Of a stretch of DNA of 64,000 nt, positions 20,674 to 30,659 are shown piece by piece. Both the position numbers and the translations under genes were made by a program. The number at the start of each line of letters is the position of its first letter. The stretch's first letter is position 1. The DNA comes from an uncultured cyanobacterium (lineage in GTDB: Bacteria > Cyanobacteriota > Cyanobacteriia > Cyanobacteriales > CAWCAG01). Below the pieces are notes generated by a model. The model was not told the origin of the DNA. It was given only the letters and a program-made list of their open reading frames with translations, and searched no databases. The stretch covers positions 224,001-288,000 of the forward strand of contig CAWCAG010000005.1 of NCBI GenBank assembly GCA_963793425.1. Reading direction: 5' to 3'.

Positions 20674-20917
20674 AATATTTATAGTAATTCTATTAGAGAG
20701 GTGAACATAGAATTAAACGCTTTAGGCAATAAGCATTTTAGCAAGAGGCAAAAGATCAAAAATCAAGATTTAGCTCTACAACTTATTGAGAAACGCTACT
20801 ATTACCATCATAGTCTATCAATTTAATCTAGAAGCTAACACTAATAATCAATGTTTAATGTTTAATATAGCCTACGGCAACGCTCACGCGAATAATGATA
20901 AATGGTATTAGCTGCCT

Positions 20918-22186
20918 ATGCCAGTTACAGCATTTTTCCAGGGAATTTTGGGTGCTTCAAGTCTTGCCTTTGGAGCCTTTGTTGGGGTCATTTGGCGACC
21001 TCGTAGGGTATTTTCTGCTGCGATTATGGCTTTTGGTAGTGGAACTTTACTCGCTGCGATCGCCTTTGAAATTTCTCTTCCGGCTTATCACAACCACGGC
21101 TTTTTACCTCTGATTATTGGTTTTATGATCGGGGGAAGTTTATTCGTTTATTTAACTCAATATATTGACCAACAAGGTGGTTTTTTACGCAAACCAGCTT
21201 CTAGCCGTCGCTATCTTTATGAACACCGTAGTGATAAAAGCACCGATGTACTCAGTCGCATTTCCCATGTAGAGGTGATGCAAAACCTCCCTGATAAAGA
21301 AAGAGAAGCCCTGGCCCCTTTATTAAAAGCAAAAAATGTTCCTGCTGGAGAAATTCTTTGTGAAGAAGGTCACCCAGGGGAATACTTTTATATGATTGTC
21401 AGCGGCGAAGCAGAAGTCCGTAAAGGGCGTAAGGTTTTATCTCACCTCAAACCAGGAGAAGTATTCGGGGAAATGTCTCTATTGACCGGAGAACCCCGTT
21501 CTGCAACGATTATTTCCCGGACTCCTATGGAGTTATATCAACTGCACCAAGAACATTTTGGTCATGTGTTAAGTTGGTCACCTCATATGGCTTGGGCTTT
21601 AAGTCGTTCCTTAGCCCGTCGCTTACGTGTCGCTACTGAATCACAAGTTGCTGTAGAAAATAATTTAGATCGTTGGCGACAGCAATTAATGGATCAAGTA
21701 GAACTAGATATTTTGATGCGTGAAGATCCTAGTATCTTAGAAGGATTAGTAGAAAGTTCGGCCCCCTTAGCCATTATGGTAGGAACTTTAATTGATAACA
21801 TTCCCGAAGCTGCCACCATCGGGTTAAATGCCGAAAATCCCCATTTAGGTTGGTCTTTCATTTTAGCTGTATTTATTTCCAACTTTCCCGAAGCCTTATC
21901 TAGTGCTGCGGGAATGCAACAAGCCGGAACTTCTAAAGTACAAATTCTCTCTCTTTGGTTAGGAATTGTGTTCCTAAGCGGCTTGTGTTCCGCCGCCGCC
22001 TATTCTGTTCAAGGTTATATGCCAGAATTGTTTGTTAGTTTAATTCAATCAATTGCTGGGGGAGCAATTCTTGCTATGTTAGCCAGTACCATGATGCCGG
22101 AAGCCTACGAGTTAGGAGGTGGCTACGTCGCTTTTTCCACAATCATGGGTTTCTTGCTCGGTTTTTGGGTTTCCTTTGCTCATTGA
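20918..22186 (+). CDS. ZIP (ZupT/GufA) family metal permease with an inserted cyclic-nucleotide-binding domain
   Basis: ZIP motifs AFGSGTLL, IDNIPEA, ISNFPEALSS, TMMPEAYE; CNBD EGHPGEYFYMIVSG...GEVFGEMSLLTGEPRSATI. Confidence 0.85.
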   Translation: MPVTAFFQGILGASSLAFGAFVGVIWRPRRVFSAAIMAFGSGTLLAAIAFEISLPAYHNHGFLPLIIGFMIGGSLFVYLTQYIDQQGGFLRKPASSRRYLYEHRSDKSTDVLSRISHVEVMQNLPDKEREALAPLLKAKNVPAGEILCEEGHPGEYFYMIVSGEAEVRKGRKVLSHLKPGEVFGEMSLLTGEPRSATIISRTPMELYQLHQEHFGHVLSWSPHMAWALSRSLARRLRVATESQVAVENNLDRWRQQLMDQVELDILMREDPSILEGLVESSAPLAIMVGTLIDNIPEAATIGLNAENPHLGWSFILAVFISNFPEALSSAAGMQQAGTSKVQILSLWLGIVFLSGLCSAAAYSVQGYMPELFVSLIQSIAGGAILAMLASTMMPEAYELGGGYVAFSTIMGFLLGFWVSFAH

Positions 22187-22239
22187 TCATTAATCATTAA
22201 TCATTGAACATTGATAACTACTCATTACACCTTTTATAC

Positions 22240-23325
22240 ATGAAAATCGATTACGTTCACTTCTACGTTGATGATACTCAGAAGTGGCGAGACTGGTTTA
22301 GCACGAAGATGAATTTTTCTACAGTGGCTAGGGGTTACAACCGTCACGATTGTACAGAAGTAATCGTTAATGGAAACGTTGTCTTTGTCCTCTCTTCTCC
22401 TCTAACTCCTGCTAGTCCTGTAGCAAAATATCTACAGCTACATCCTTGTGGAATAGCTGATATTGCTTTTACTACGAGTAATTTAGCTTCAGCAGTACAG
22501 CAAGCTGTTAACCAAGGTGCAAAAATGTTGGTTGCACCTCAGCGAGAAACTTTTCCCCAAGGAAGTATAAAGTGGTGTCAAATTGCTAGTAAATCTGGTT
22601 TACGCCATACTTTATCGCAACGGGAAGGCATAACTCCAATTTTTCCTGAATTAGGCGTAAAACAAGTCTCTAATGCTAATCTTGCTGAGAGCAACTTTAC
22701 TGGCATAGATCATGTGGTACTTAATGTCGCAGCAGGAAAGTTAGCTGAAACTGTTACTTGGTACAACAAAGCTTTAGGTTTTCAACCACAGCAAAGTTTT
22801 AAAATTAAAACGGCCAATTCGGGTTTATCTTCCCAAGTAATGGTACACCCAGAAAGTGGTACAAAATTTCCCATCAACGAACCTGCTTCTCCTAATTCCC
22901 AAATTCAGGAATTTTTAGATGTAAATAGAGGTGCAGGCATTCAACATATTGCTTTACAAACTCCCCAGATTGTCCTCACCACCGCACAACTGAGAGAAGC
23001 GGGGTTAACTTTCTTACCTGTTCTAGAAAGCTATTATACTCAATTAGCTAAACGCCTCCCTCCTTTGAGCTTAAAAGAGGAAGAATTTGCCGCATTGAAA
23101 GAGCAACAAATTTTGATAGATTGTCAGCAGAAAATTAATTCTCAAACTAGTCAACCTTCACCTTTATTGTTGCAAATTTTCACCCAACCAGTTTTTAATG
23201 AACTTACCTTCTTTTTTGAGTTAATTGAACGTCGGGATCGCGCTGAAGGTTTCGGTGAAGGAAACTTTCGTGCTTTATTTGAAGCAATGGAACAAGAACA
23301 ATTTAAACGAGGGAGTTTGTATTAA
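22240..23325 (+). CDS. hppD: 4-hydroxyphenylpyruvate dioxygenase
   Basis: IDHVVLNV, SQIQEFL..GAGIQHIAL, LLQIFT, FFELIERR, GFGEGNF. Confidence 0.9.
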   Translation: MKIDYVHFYVDDTQKWRDWFSTKMNFSTVARGYNRHDCTEVIVNGNVVFVLSSPLTPASPVAKYLQLHPCGIADIAFTTSNLASAVQQAVNQGAKMLVAPQRETFPQGSIKWCQIASKSGLRHTLSQREGITPIFPELGVKQVSNANLAESNFTGIDHVVLNVAAGKLAETVTWYNKALGFQPQQSFKIKTANSGLSSQVMVHPESGTKFPINEPASPNSQIQEFLDVNRGAGIQHIALQTPQIVLTTAQLREAGLTFLPVLESYYTQLAKRLPPLSLKEEEFAALKEQQILIDCQQKINSQTSQPSPLLLQIFTQPVFNELTFFFELIERRDRAEGFGEGNFRALFEAMEQEQFKRGSLY

Positions 23326-23345
23326 TTGCTAACAACTTAAATCGT

Positions 23346-23516
23346 TCATGAAGCTACAGAAAAATCTGTGTACTGTCTCATTTTTAGCTCATGAAATGCC
23401 AAGACAATATCTTCTTTGGAAACACCTGCATCAACTAAATCATTGGCGATGCCATCTTCAGTCCAATCCTCCTCTATCCAAAATTTACCATCTACAATCC
23501 GAACATAGACTGTCAT
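23346..23516 (-). pseudogene. xisI: C-terminal fragment of an XisI-family gene
   Basis: Manual translation MTVYVRIVDGKFWIEEDWTEDGIANDLVDAGVSKEDIVLAFH...RQYTDFSVAS*; parallels the C-terminus of 47449..47784. Confidence 0.8.
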
Positions 23517-23644
23517 AAATGAAGCAACTATTTACACTGCTGAAATGATACTGACTACTGTAGGCAATATTCTAATGCTTATATTCAGACTCCTGTTGTC
23601 AATATGGTAATTGAAAGAGGAGGACGACAAGAAATAATAGATAT

Positions 23645-23937
23645 CTCACGGGGTGACAAGTGCCTCGAAACCTTTTCTATTAAAGGTTCTAGCTCACCGA
23701 TCTTCAAAAAGATTAGAGCTTGTTGACAGGTCTATTGATACCTAAATAGCGCTCACGACCACAGTAGCTTAGTTGCTTACAGTTTATATTACTCAGATGG
23801 TTTCATAATTGCGATCGCAAAGAGATTACCTAATTTTATTGGCAAGCTTGGGTGTCAATAAGTGTCAATTTTCAGAGAGTCAAATAAGCTGAAAGCTTTT
23901 GTAATATTAGCCTTCCAATCCCTTGTCACCCCGTGAG
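23645..23937. mobile_element. 293-bp non-autonomous element (MITE) with perfect 16-bp TIRs, probably IS4-family derived
   Basis: CTCACGGGGTGACAAG at 23645 and its exact reverse complement CTTGTCACCCCGTGAG at 23922-23937; family assignment is from memory of cyanobacterial IS ends. Confidence 0.8.
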
Positions 23938-24063
23938 CATTTTCTTCTCTCTTTAGAGCTTTTTGTAGCTTTTCTTTTTGTTCTGATGTGAGATGATTTT
24001 TGGCTGGCATTTTACGCTGATTTTGATTTTAGATTATACCCTATTTAAAAGCATGACAGCTTA
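23938..24063 (-). mobile_element. IS630-family remnant: one end plus the first ~25 codons of the transposase
   Basis: Minus-strand ATG at 24010 gives MPAKNHLTSEQKEKLQKALKERRNA; the end TTTAAAAGCATGACAGCT-TA resembles the end of the MITE at 47912-48010. Confidence 0.7.
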
Positions 24064-24253
24064 GTAATCTTCTGATAGTTAATCCACCAGAAGATATCCA
24101 ATCCACTACTGTTCCTCCTAGCATAGAAACTGAGTATTTTATCTGGAAAGATAATCAACTTATACCTATCGAATAAAGTTAATCAAATCACAGGAAAAAT
24201 GATGATTTGATTAACTCTATTCTTTTGTCTCCTATTAACAGGTATTGATTGAC

Positions 24254-24314
24254 GGTGGGCAAGACAAAATAATAAAATCATAACAAAGAATTGCTCCCAA
24301 CTTGCCCACCCTAC
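24254..24314. repeat. REP-like inverted repeat
   Basis: GGTGGGCAAG ... CTTGCCCACC followed by CTAC (GTAG-type REP), downstream of comB. Confidence 0.55.
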
Positions 24315-24352
24315 AAAAGCGATCACTCCGCTAACGCGCAACCAATTTGCCA

Positions 24353-25081
24353 CTAATCCCTAATTGCTTTTAAAACCCCTAATTCTGTTTGCATGGGTAG
24401 AACATCTAAAATATTTTCTTGGGCGCAATATTCTAAATCTGCTCGATTATTTAAACCTAATAAACGCTTGCCGTGGCTGGCAAGTTCAAACATTTTCACT
24501 AAATCATTTTGCCATTGACTATAAAGTGCGATCGCGGCGACAACTTCATCGTTACCAATAATTTCTACATCTTCAGTGTAAAAATCTTTGGCGATCGCCC
24601 CGGCACAAACAGTATCTTCTAAAGAATAACTTCCTTGCCATCCTGAACCCACTAACCAAACCGTTTCTGGTCGTTTCTTCTCTAAGTAGCTGATCACACT
24701 TTGACAGTTAACCAGAGCTGCTGTCACCACTGTAGGAGCCTTTTCTACCCTTTGTAAAGCACGAGTTCCATTAGTCGTAGAAAGGAACAGTCGCTTGCCT
24801 GCCATCAATTCTGCGCTACAGTCTAAAGGAGAGTTTCCTAAGTCGCAACCATCCACCTGTTGCCCCCCTCTTTCCCCCGCCCGTAGTCGCTTTTGGGCAG
24901 GCCAATCAGCACTTTTGGTAAGTAATTCTTCTATGTCTCTAAAGGCTTGTACAGCCTCTGCACCAGCCTCTAAAGCAGTGGCAATGGTAGTGGTTGCCCG
25001 TAATACGTCAATGACAACTGCACAGTCAGGTAAGCTGTCTGTAGGAGTCAATTCTGGGGTGTGATAAACAAATAGCTTCAA
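24353..25081 (-). CDS. comB: 2-phosphosulfolactate phosphatase family
   Basis: [35 protein letters not shown]. Confidence 0.9.
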   Translation of the reverse strand: MKLFVYHTPELTPTDSLPDCAVVIDVLRATTTIATALEAGAEAVQAFRDIEELLTKSADWPAQKRLRAGERGGQQVDGCDLGNSPLDCSAELMAGKRLFLSTTNGTRALQRVEKAPTVVTAALVNCQSVISYLEKKRPETVWLVGSGWQGSYSLEDTVCAGAIAKDFYTEDVEIIGNDEVVAAIALYSQWQNDLVKMFELASHGKRLLGLNNRADLEYCAQENILDVLPMQTELGVLKAIRD

Positions 25082-25384
25082 TTTTTTGGCGGGTAGATGT
25101 AGATAGATTGCCGACCACTCATTCTATGACCTGAGTACCACGTTTGTCTACTAAATATTTTGATCAAAGAATATCAGCAAAATACTCCAAGTCTAATAGG
25201 GTATCTCATCGGTAATAACTTGATGGCAAAAAAATTAATTTTCTCGTTTTGCATATATTTTTAGACTTGGCGGAGAAATATTGCTAGTTAGTGCTGTAAA
25301 GGGTGATATTGATGGTAGCCACTCTATCTAGCTAGCTCAATTTTCACAGCAGTACTTTGAGAATAACGAATATAGGAAAGTAAC

Positions 25385-26035
25385 ATGATCAAGAAACTAT
25401 TTCCGCTTTTTGTTTCAGCCTCTATAGTGGCTTTGAGTAGTACGTCAGCTTTGGCTGGCGAGCTTTCATTAATTGGCTCAGAATTAAAATATCGTGCTGA
25501 GTCTCAATTCACTCCAACGGGTCAAATATTTGTAACCTCATTTCCAGCATCTGCAATTGTCAGTGAGTCAGAGGTAGAGTTTCCCGATGTTGAGAGCTTG
25601 TTTGATCCATCAAGTGGTGTTCCTCCAGGGCTTATTGGTTCTTTTGTCAATATGGCAATCGATGTCGGGGCAGATTATATCGAATTTGACTATGCTAATG
25701 CAGGATTTGGTCGGTCTGCAAGTGGGTTTAAGAACAATGATGTGTTTACATTCACAGCACCCATTGCTTTGCAAATTACAGATGCGGTGATAGATGAACG
25801 AACCAACATAGGTTTGACACCTGAGCGGGTTACATTTGTAGGAAACGAATTATCTGTAAATTTTGAAAGCTTGCGATATAATCCCGAATCTTTTGCCCGC
25901 ATCAACTTAACTACCGAGGAAGCTACCAATCCAGATCCAGCTTCTGTTCCCGAACCTAGTACAACCTTTTTCTTGGCTGGTGTCGTCCTGTTTGGCATCG
26001 CTTCTAAACGCTGCCGACGTAATCAAGAAAGCTAA
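25385..26035 (+). CDS. PEP-CTERM sorting-domain surface protein
   Basis: Signal peptide; C-terminal VPEPSTT + hydrophobic stretch + KRCRR. Confidence 0.9.
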   Translation: MIKKLFPLFVSASIVALSSTSALAGELSLIGSELKYRAESQFTPTGQIFVTSFPASAIVSESEVEFPDVESLFDPSSGVPPGLIGSFVNMAIDVGADYIEFDYANAGFGRSASGFKNNDVFTFTAPIALQITDAVIDERTNIGLTPERVTFVGNELSVNFESLRYNPESFARINLTTEEATNPDPASVPEPSTTFFLAGVVLFGIASKRCRRNQES

Positions 26036-26111
26036 CTTTCACATTAGAACTAGATATGGTCAGAGGTAATAGGCGATGGTATATTACCTATTACCTATTA
26101 CCCATTACTTA

Positions 26112-27740
26112 TTATTCCCACTCAATAGTTCCAGGGGGTTTAGATGTAATATCATAAACCACTCGGTTAACTCCGTTTACCTCATTAACAATACGGTTAG
26201 AGATGGTTTCTAATAACTCATAGGGAACACGCGACCAGTCGGCTGTCATACCGTCTTCGCTAGAAATTAACCGTAGTACTATAGGATGAGCATAGGTACG
26301 CTGATCTCCCATGACTCCTACGCTGCGGACAGGTAATAAGACAGCGAATGCTTGCCAGAAGTCGTGGTACATTCCTTGCTTGCCAATTTCGTCCCGGACA
26401 ATGTAGTCTGCATCCCGAAGAATATTGAGCCTTTCTGATGTCACCTCGCCGATGATCCGAATTGCTAAACCTGGTCCCGGAAAGGGATGGCGGCGAACAA
26501 TCTCTTCCGGCAAGCCAATGGAACGAGCGACTTTGCGTACTTCATCTTTAAAGAGTTTGCGTAGGGGTTCAACTAGCTTAAAACGCAAGTCTTTTGGTAA
26601 ACCCCCAACGTTATGATGGCTTTTGATTTTCACTGCTACCCGCTCTCCCGTTTGTGGATCTACGTTGGTATCAGCAGATTCAATGACATCAGGGTAAAGG
26701 GTTCCTTGGGCTAAGTAATCAAATGGCCCTAAACGCTTAGATTCTTCTTCAAAAACGTTGATAAACTCATGGCCGATACGACGACGTTTTTCTTCTGGAT
26801 CAGTGATACCTTTAACTTTAGCGAGGAATTTGTCTCTTGCATTGATGTATTCTACAGAGATGTGAAAACGTTTAGCGAAGAGATTCATTAACCTTTCTGG
26901 TTCACCTTTACGCATGAAGCCCTGATCAATGAACATACAAGTTAGTTGATCACCAATGGCACGGTGTAGTAGAAAGGCGAGGGTGGAAGAGTCTACACCT
27001 CCAGAAAGGGCTAGTAGTACTCGTTTTTTCCCTACCTTGCCACGAATTTCCCGAATAGATTCAGTGACAAAGGTTTCTGTTGTCCAAGTTGGTTCACACT
27101 TACAAACATCGTAAACAAAGTTGCGGATTAGTTCCATGCCGCCGATGGAGTGGACAACTTCTGGGTGAAACTGAACACCGTAAAATTTCTTTTCGTGGTT
27201 GGCGATCGCTGCACAACGGGTATTCTCTGTATGTGCCAGAATTTCAAAGCCTGGGGGTAATAAGCTGCAAGAATCTCCATGACTCATCCACATAGTTGAG
27301 CCGTTTTTGATTTTTTGTAAGGTTATGTTAGGGTTGTCGATGATGAGGGAAGCTTTGCCATATTCCGCCCGTTGCGCGCGTTCAACTTTCCCCCCTAATT
27401 GCCTAACCATAAGCTGCATTCCATAGCAAACTCCCATGACGGGAACTCCTAATTCCCAAATTTGGGGATCACATTGAGGAGCGCCTTTGTCATAAACTGA
27501 GTTCGGACCACCGGACAAAATAATCCCCGACGGGTTAAGCTGTTTAAGCTGTTCGGCGGTGGTACGATAGGAAAGTACTTCAGAGTAGACTTGAGTTTCG
27601 CGAATGCGACGAGCAATTAGTTCTGAATATTGAGAGCCAAAGTCGAGAATGATGACGATTTGGCGATTGAGACTTGTTTGTCTAGCAATTTTAGGTAAAG
27701 TCTCTACTGGTGGATGCACTTGTTGAGTTGAAATAGTCAC
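26112..27740 (-). CDS. guaA: GMP synthase (glutamine-hydrolysing)
   Basis: [46 protein letters not shown]. Confidence 0.98.
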   Translation of the reverse strand: MTISTQQVHPPVETLPKIARQTSLNRQIVIILDFGSQYSELIARRIRETQVYSEVLSYRTTAEQLKQLNPSGIILSGGPNSVYDKGAPQCDPQIWELGVPVMGVCYGMQLMVRQLGGKVERAQRAEYGKASLIIDNPNITLQKIKNGSTMWMSHGDSCSLLPPGFEILAHTENTRCAAIANHEKKFYGVQFHPEVVHSIGGMELIRNFVYDVCKCEPTWTTETFVTESIREIRGKVGKKRVLLALSGGVDSSTLAFLLHRAIGDQLTCMFIDQGFMRKGEPERLMNLFAKRFHISVEYINARDKFLAKVKGITDPEEKRRRIGHEFINVFEEESKRLGPFDYLAQGTLYPDVIESADTNVDPQTGERVAVKIKSHHNVGGLPKDLRFKLVEPLRKLFKDEVRKVARSIGLPEEIVRRHPFPGPGLAIRIIGEVTSERLNILRDADYIVRDEIGKQGMYHDFWQAFAVLLPVRSVGVMGDQRTYAHPIVLRLISSEDGMTADWSRVPYELLETISNRIVNEVNGVNRVVYDITSKPPGTIEWE

Positions 27741-27890
27741 TGGAGTCCTGATGAATGTAGATGTGAATGTGAATGTAGATGTGAATGAGAAACAGAGCCG
27801 CTACTACTTTGGGTAGAGGCGACGCTCCTAATTGCAGAGTGATATCTGCTTTCAGAGGCTTGTTATTCTGGCAAGTAATTGAAAAAAATT

Positions 27891-29033
27891 TTATATATTC
27901 GGTACACAATAGCACATTTCTTTTAAGATTGCCGTACCCAAAGAACTTTTTATGATAATTTTTCTTTCTCTGTTAAATAATACCGAGCCAACTTCAACTG
28001 TTCGGTCGCTATGTTTGCGGATATAGCCTTGGGAACGCAGATCAATAGTAGCGGCGATCGCACCATAAACTATCTCTACCCAATTACTCTTATCCCTAGT
28101 ATCTAATTTTTGTAAATATTGTAATCCGGCTTCGATGGTGGCAAGGTCAAATATTTTTTGTAAATCTGCTGTTGCTAAACCGGCTTTGGCACAGTGGGCA
28201 GTAAAAATTTCCTGCCTGCCATCGGCGAGGTGATGGTGGGTATGAAAAATCCCTCCTGCTAGCTTAATTAGCTTGCCATGATAACCAAAAAGGAGCAGAG
28301 ACTTAACTCCTTGTAGAGCGGCTTCTACGAGCATTGGCCCCAACCAATTAGCTGTCTTTACTAATTGTCCCTCTTGCAAACCCAATTTTCTGGCTAAATC
28401 TAAACCATTTTCCCCTAAACAGAAGACTAAGCTCTCAAACTGACTAGCTTTTGTGGCTAATTCCTGGCGATAAATCTCTAGTTGTCCAGGGGCGCTTAGG
28501 GGTTGAGAAATACCAGTAGTACCTAACAGAGAAAGCCCTTCCACCACCCCAAAAGCTGCATTAGATGTTCTTTGGGCTAATTTACGTCCTTCCGGAAGAA
28601 TGAGCGTTACCTCAATCAATTCTCCTGGCTGACATAAGGGCTGTAAATTACTTTCAAATAGCCTTTTGGCATAACCATAAATAGCGGCCCTTCCTTGGGC
28701 TTGCAACTGGCGACCAATTCCTTCTCCGCCCTTAATGACAACTTGCTGTTGCCCCTTTCCTTGTAGCGGTTTAACTTCCACCACTGCCCATAAAGGAGTA
28801 TGGCGAGTTAAATCCAGATTGTCTCCAGGGTCACTACGGGTAATAGCAAGAGCTTTGTTTGCCCCCAACTTAGCAGCTTGTTCTATGGGGATTTCTACTT
28901 CAATAGCCGGTTCGAGCAAATCCAGAGTAACACTCTCCCCTACTTCTGCTTCTCGCCAACAGCGCAAAGCTGCTAGGGCGGCAGCACAAGCGAAGACTGG
29001 TAAAGTATATCCCGAAAGAGGCTGATTGTTCAT
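27891..29033 (-). CDS. cbiD: Cobalt-precorrin-5B C1-methyltransferase
   Basis: SGYTLPVFA, SDPGDNLDLT, RTSNAAFGVVEGLSLLGT, GYHGKLIKLAGGIFHTH. Confidence 0.92.
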   Translation of the reverse strand: MNNQPLSGYTLPVFACAAALAALRCWREAEVGESVTLDLLEPAIEVEIPIEQAAKLGANKALAITRSDPGDNLDLTRHTPLWAVVEVKPLQGKGQQQVVIKGGEGIGRQLQAQGRAAIYGYAKRLFESNLQPLCQPGELIEVTLILPEGRKLAQRTSNAAFGVVEGLSLLGTTGISQPLSAPGQLEIYRQELATKASQFESLVFCLGENGLDLARKLGLQEGQLVKTANWLGPMLVEAALQGVKSLLLFGYHGKLIKLAGGIFHTHHHLADGRQEIFTAHCAKAGLATADLQKIFDLATIEAGLQYLQKLDTRDKSNWVEIVYGAIAATIDLRSQGYIRKHSDRTVEVGSVLFNRERKIIIKSSLGTAILKEMCYCVPNI

Positions 29034-29317
29034 GAAAAAGAAAAAAAGATGATTAGTTTTGGCCAGGCTTTAGGATATAGGATATGTATATGTAACGGTA
29101 CTGAATCTACAAATAATGTCATAAGCACCCTTATATCTAAAAAAGGGTTTATCAGCAAGCAAAATCAGGGGTGTATTGCTATCTATATGTAATTTACTGA
29201 TTTTATGTCAGCGATCGCGCCTATGCTTATTTTTTACTGTAATCTCGGCACAAAAAAGTTAGTTGAATACTTGAGTTTACCAACTAAACCTTTTCTGTCA
29301 AGTTGGGAGGTAAAGTT

Positions 29318-30568
29318 ATGAATAAACCTGTAATCATTTGTGTTGATGATGAAAGAGTTGTTTTGATTAGCCTCCGAGATCAACTGATTCAACAGCTTGG
29401 CAATAAATATGAAATAGAATTAGCTGAGGGCGGGGAAGAAGCTTTAGAGATTCTGGAAGAATTAACTGAAGAAGGGTTTGAAGTTCCTTTAATTATTTCC
29501 GATCAAATTATGCCGGGAATGAAAGGAGACGAATTACTCATAGAAATTAACGAGCAATACCCCAGAACCCTGAAAATAATGTTAACAGGTCAAGCTAGCG
29601 TTGATGCGGTGGGCAAGGCTGTTAACTTAGCTAATCTTTACCGCTATTTGGCTAAACCTTGGCAAGTAGAAGATTTGGGGTTTACTGTTCAAGAAGCCCT
29701 AAATAGTTATTTCCAAAATAAGAAGCTGGCAGAACAAAATACTCAACTTTTAGAACTCAACCAAGCCTTATCTCGCTTTGTTCCTAACCAATTCCTCAAA
29801 CTATTAGATAAAGATAGCATCATCGATATTCAACTAGGTAATTCAGTACAAAAAGAAATGTCGATTCTTTTTGCAGATATTCGTAACTTTACTACCTTGT
29901 CTGAAACTATGACACCGGAAGATAACTTTAAGTTTATTAATGGTTATCTTTCCCGGATGGAACCAGCAATTATTGATAATAACGGTTTCATTGATAAGTA
30001 CATTGGTGATGCCATAATGGCCTTATTTGGGGGCAACGCGGATGATGCTTTGCAAGCAGGAATTGCTATGTTAAAAAGTCTCCACAAGTATAATAAAACT
30101 CGTCATAGTCCTAATCGAGAACCACTAAAAATTGGCATTGGTATTAATACAGGACAGTTAATGTTAGGTACAATTGGCGCGAGTTCACGTATTGATAGTA
30201 CGGTAATTAGTGATGCTGTCAATTTAGCTTCTCGTTTAGAAGGCTTAACTAAGCGTTACGGAGTTTCTTTTTTAATTACGCAACAAACTTTTTCTTTACT
30301 CAAAAATCGCCATGAGTATGCAATTCGCTTTATTGATAAAGTTAAAGTTAAAGGAAAGTCAGAATTAGTAACAATTTACGAGGTTTTTGAAACAGATGAA
30401 GCCGAAATCAAGGAGAATAAAAAAGCAACAGGGTCTTTATTTGAACAAGCTTGGTTACTTTATAATCAACAATCTTTTCAGAAAGCAAAACGGCTTTTCA
30501 GCGCTTGTTTAGAAACAAGCCCTCAAGATAAAGTAGCTCAATTTTATTTTAATAGCTGTTCTTCCTAA
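29318..30568 (+). CDS. Receiver domain + class III adenylate cyclase
   Basis: CVDDE/ISDQIMPGM receiver; LFADIRNFT, DKYIGDAIMA, GIGINTG, DAVNLASRLE. Confidence 0.9.
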   Translation: MNKPVIICVDDERVVLISLRDQLIQQLGNKYEIELAEGGEEALEILEELTEEGFEVPLIISDQIMPGMKGDELLIEINEQYPRTLKIMLTGQASVDAVGKAVNLANLYRYLAKPWQVEDLGFTVQEALNSYFQNKKLAEQNTQLLELNQALSRFVPNQFLKLLDKDSIIDIQLGNSVQKEMSILFADIRNFTTLSETMTPEDNFKFINGYLSRMEPAIIDNNGFIDKYIGDAIMALFGGNADDALQAGIAMLKSLHKYNKTRHSPNREPLKIGIGINTGQLMLGTIGASSRIDSTVISDAVNLASRLEGLTKRYGVSFLITQQTFSLLKNRHEYAIRFIDKVKVKGKSELVTIYEVFETDEAEIKENKKATGSLFEQAWLLYNQQSFQKAKRLFSACLETSPQDKVAQFYFNSCSS

Positions 30569-30659
30569 GTAGCTTTTCAATGTAGATAAAAGCTACTCAT
30601 AATTTAACTCAAAAATATATCTAAATATTTCACCTTATAATGCTTCTGTCTCTACACCA

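Noticed and set aside
20682..20800. Possible degenerate MITE upstream of the kinase gene
   Set aside because: Putative ends match too weakly and no target duplication could be defined.
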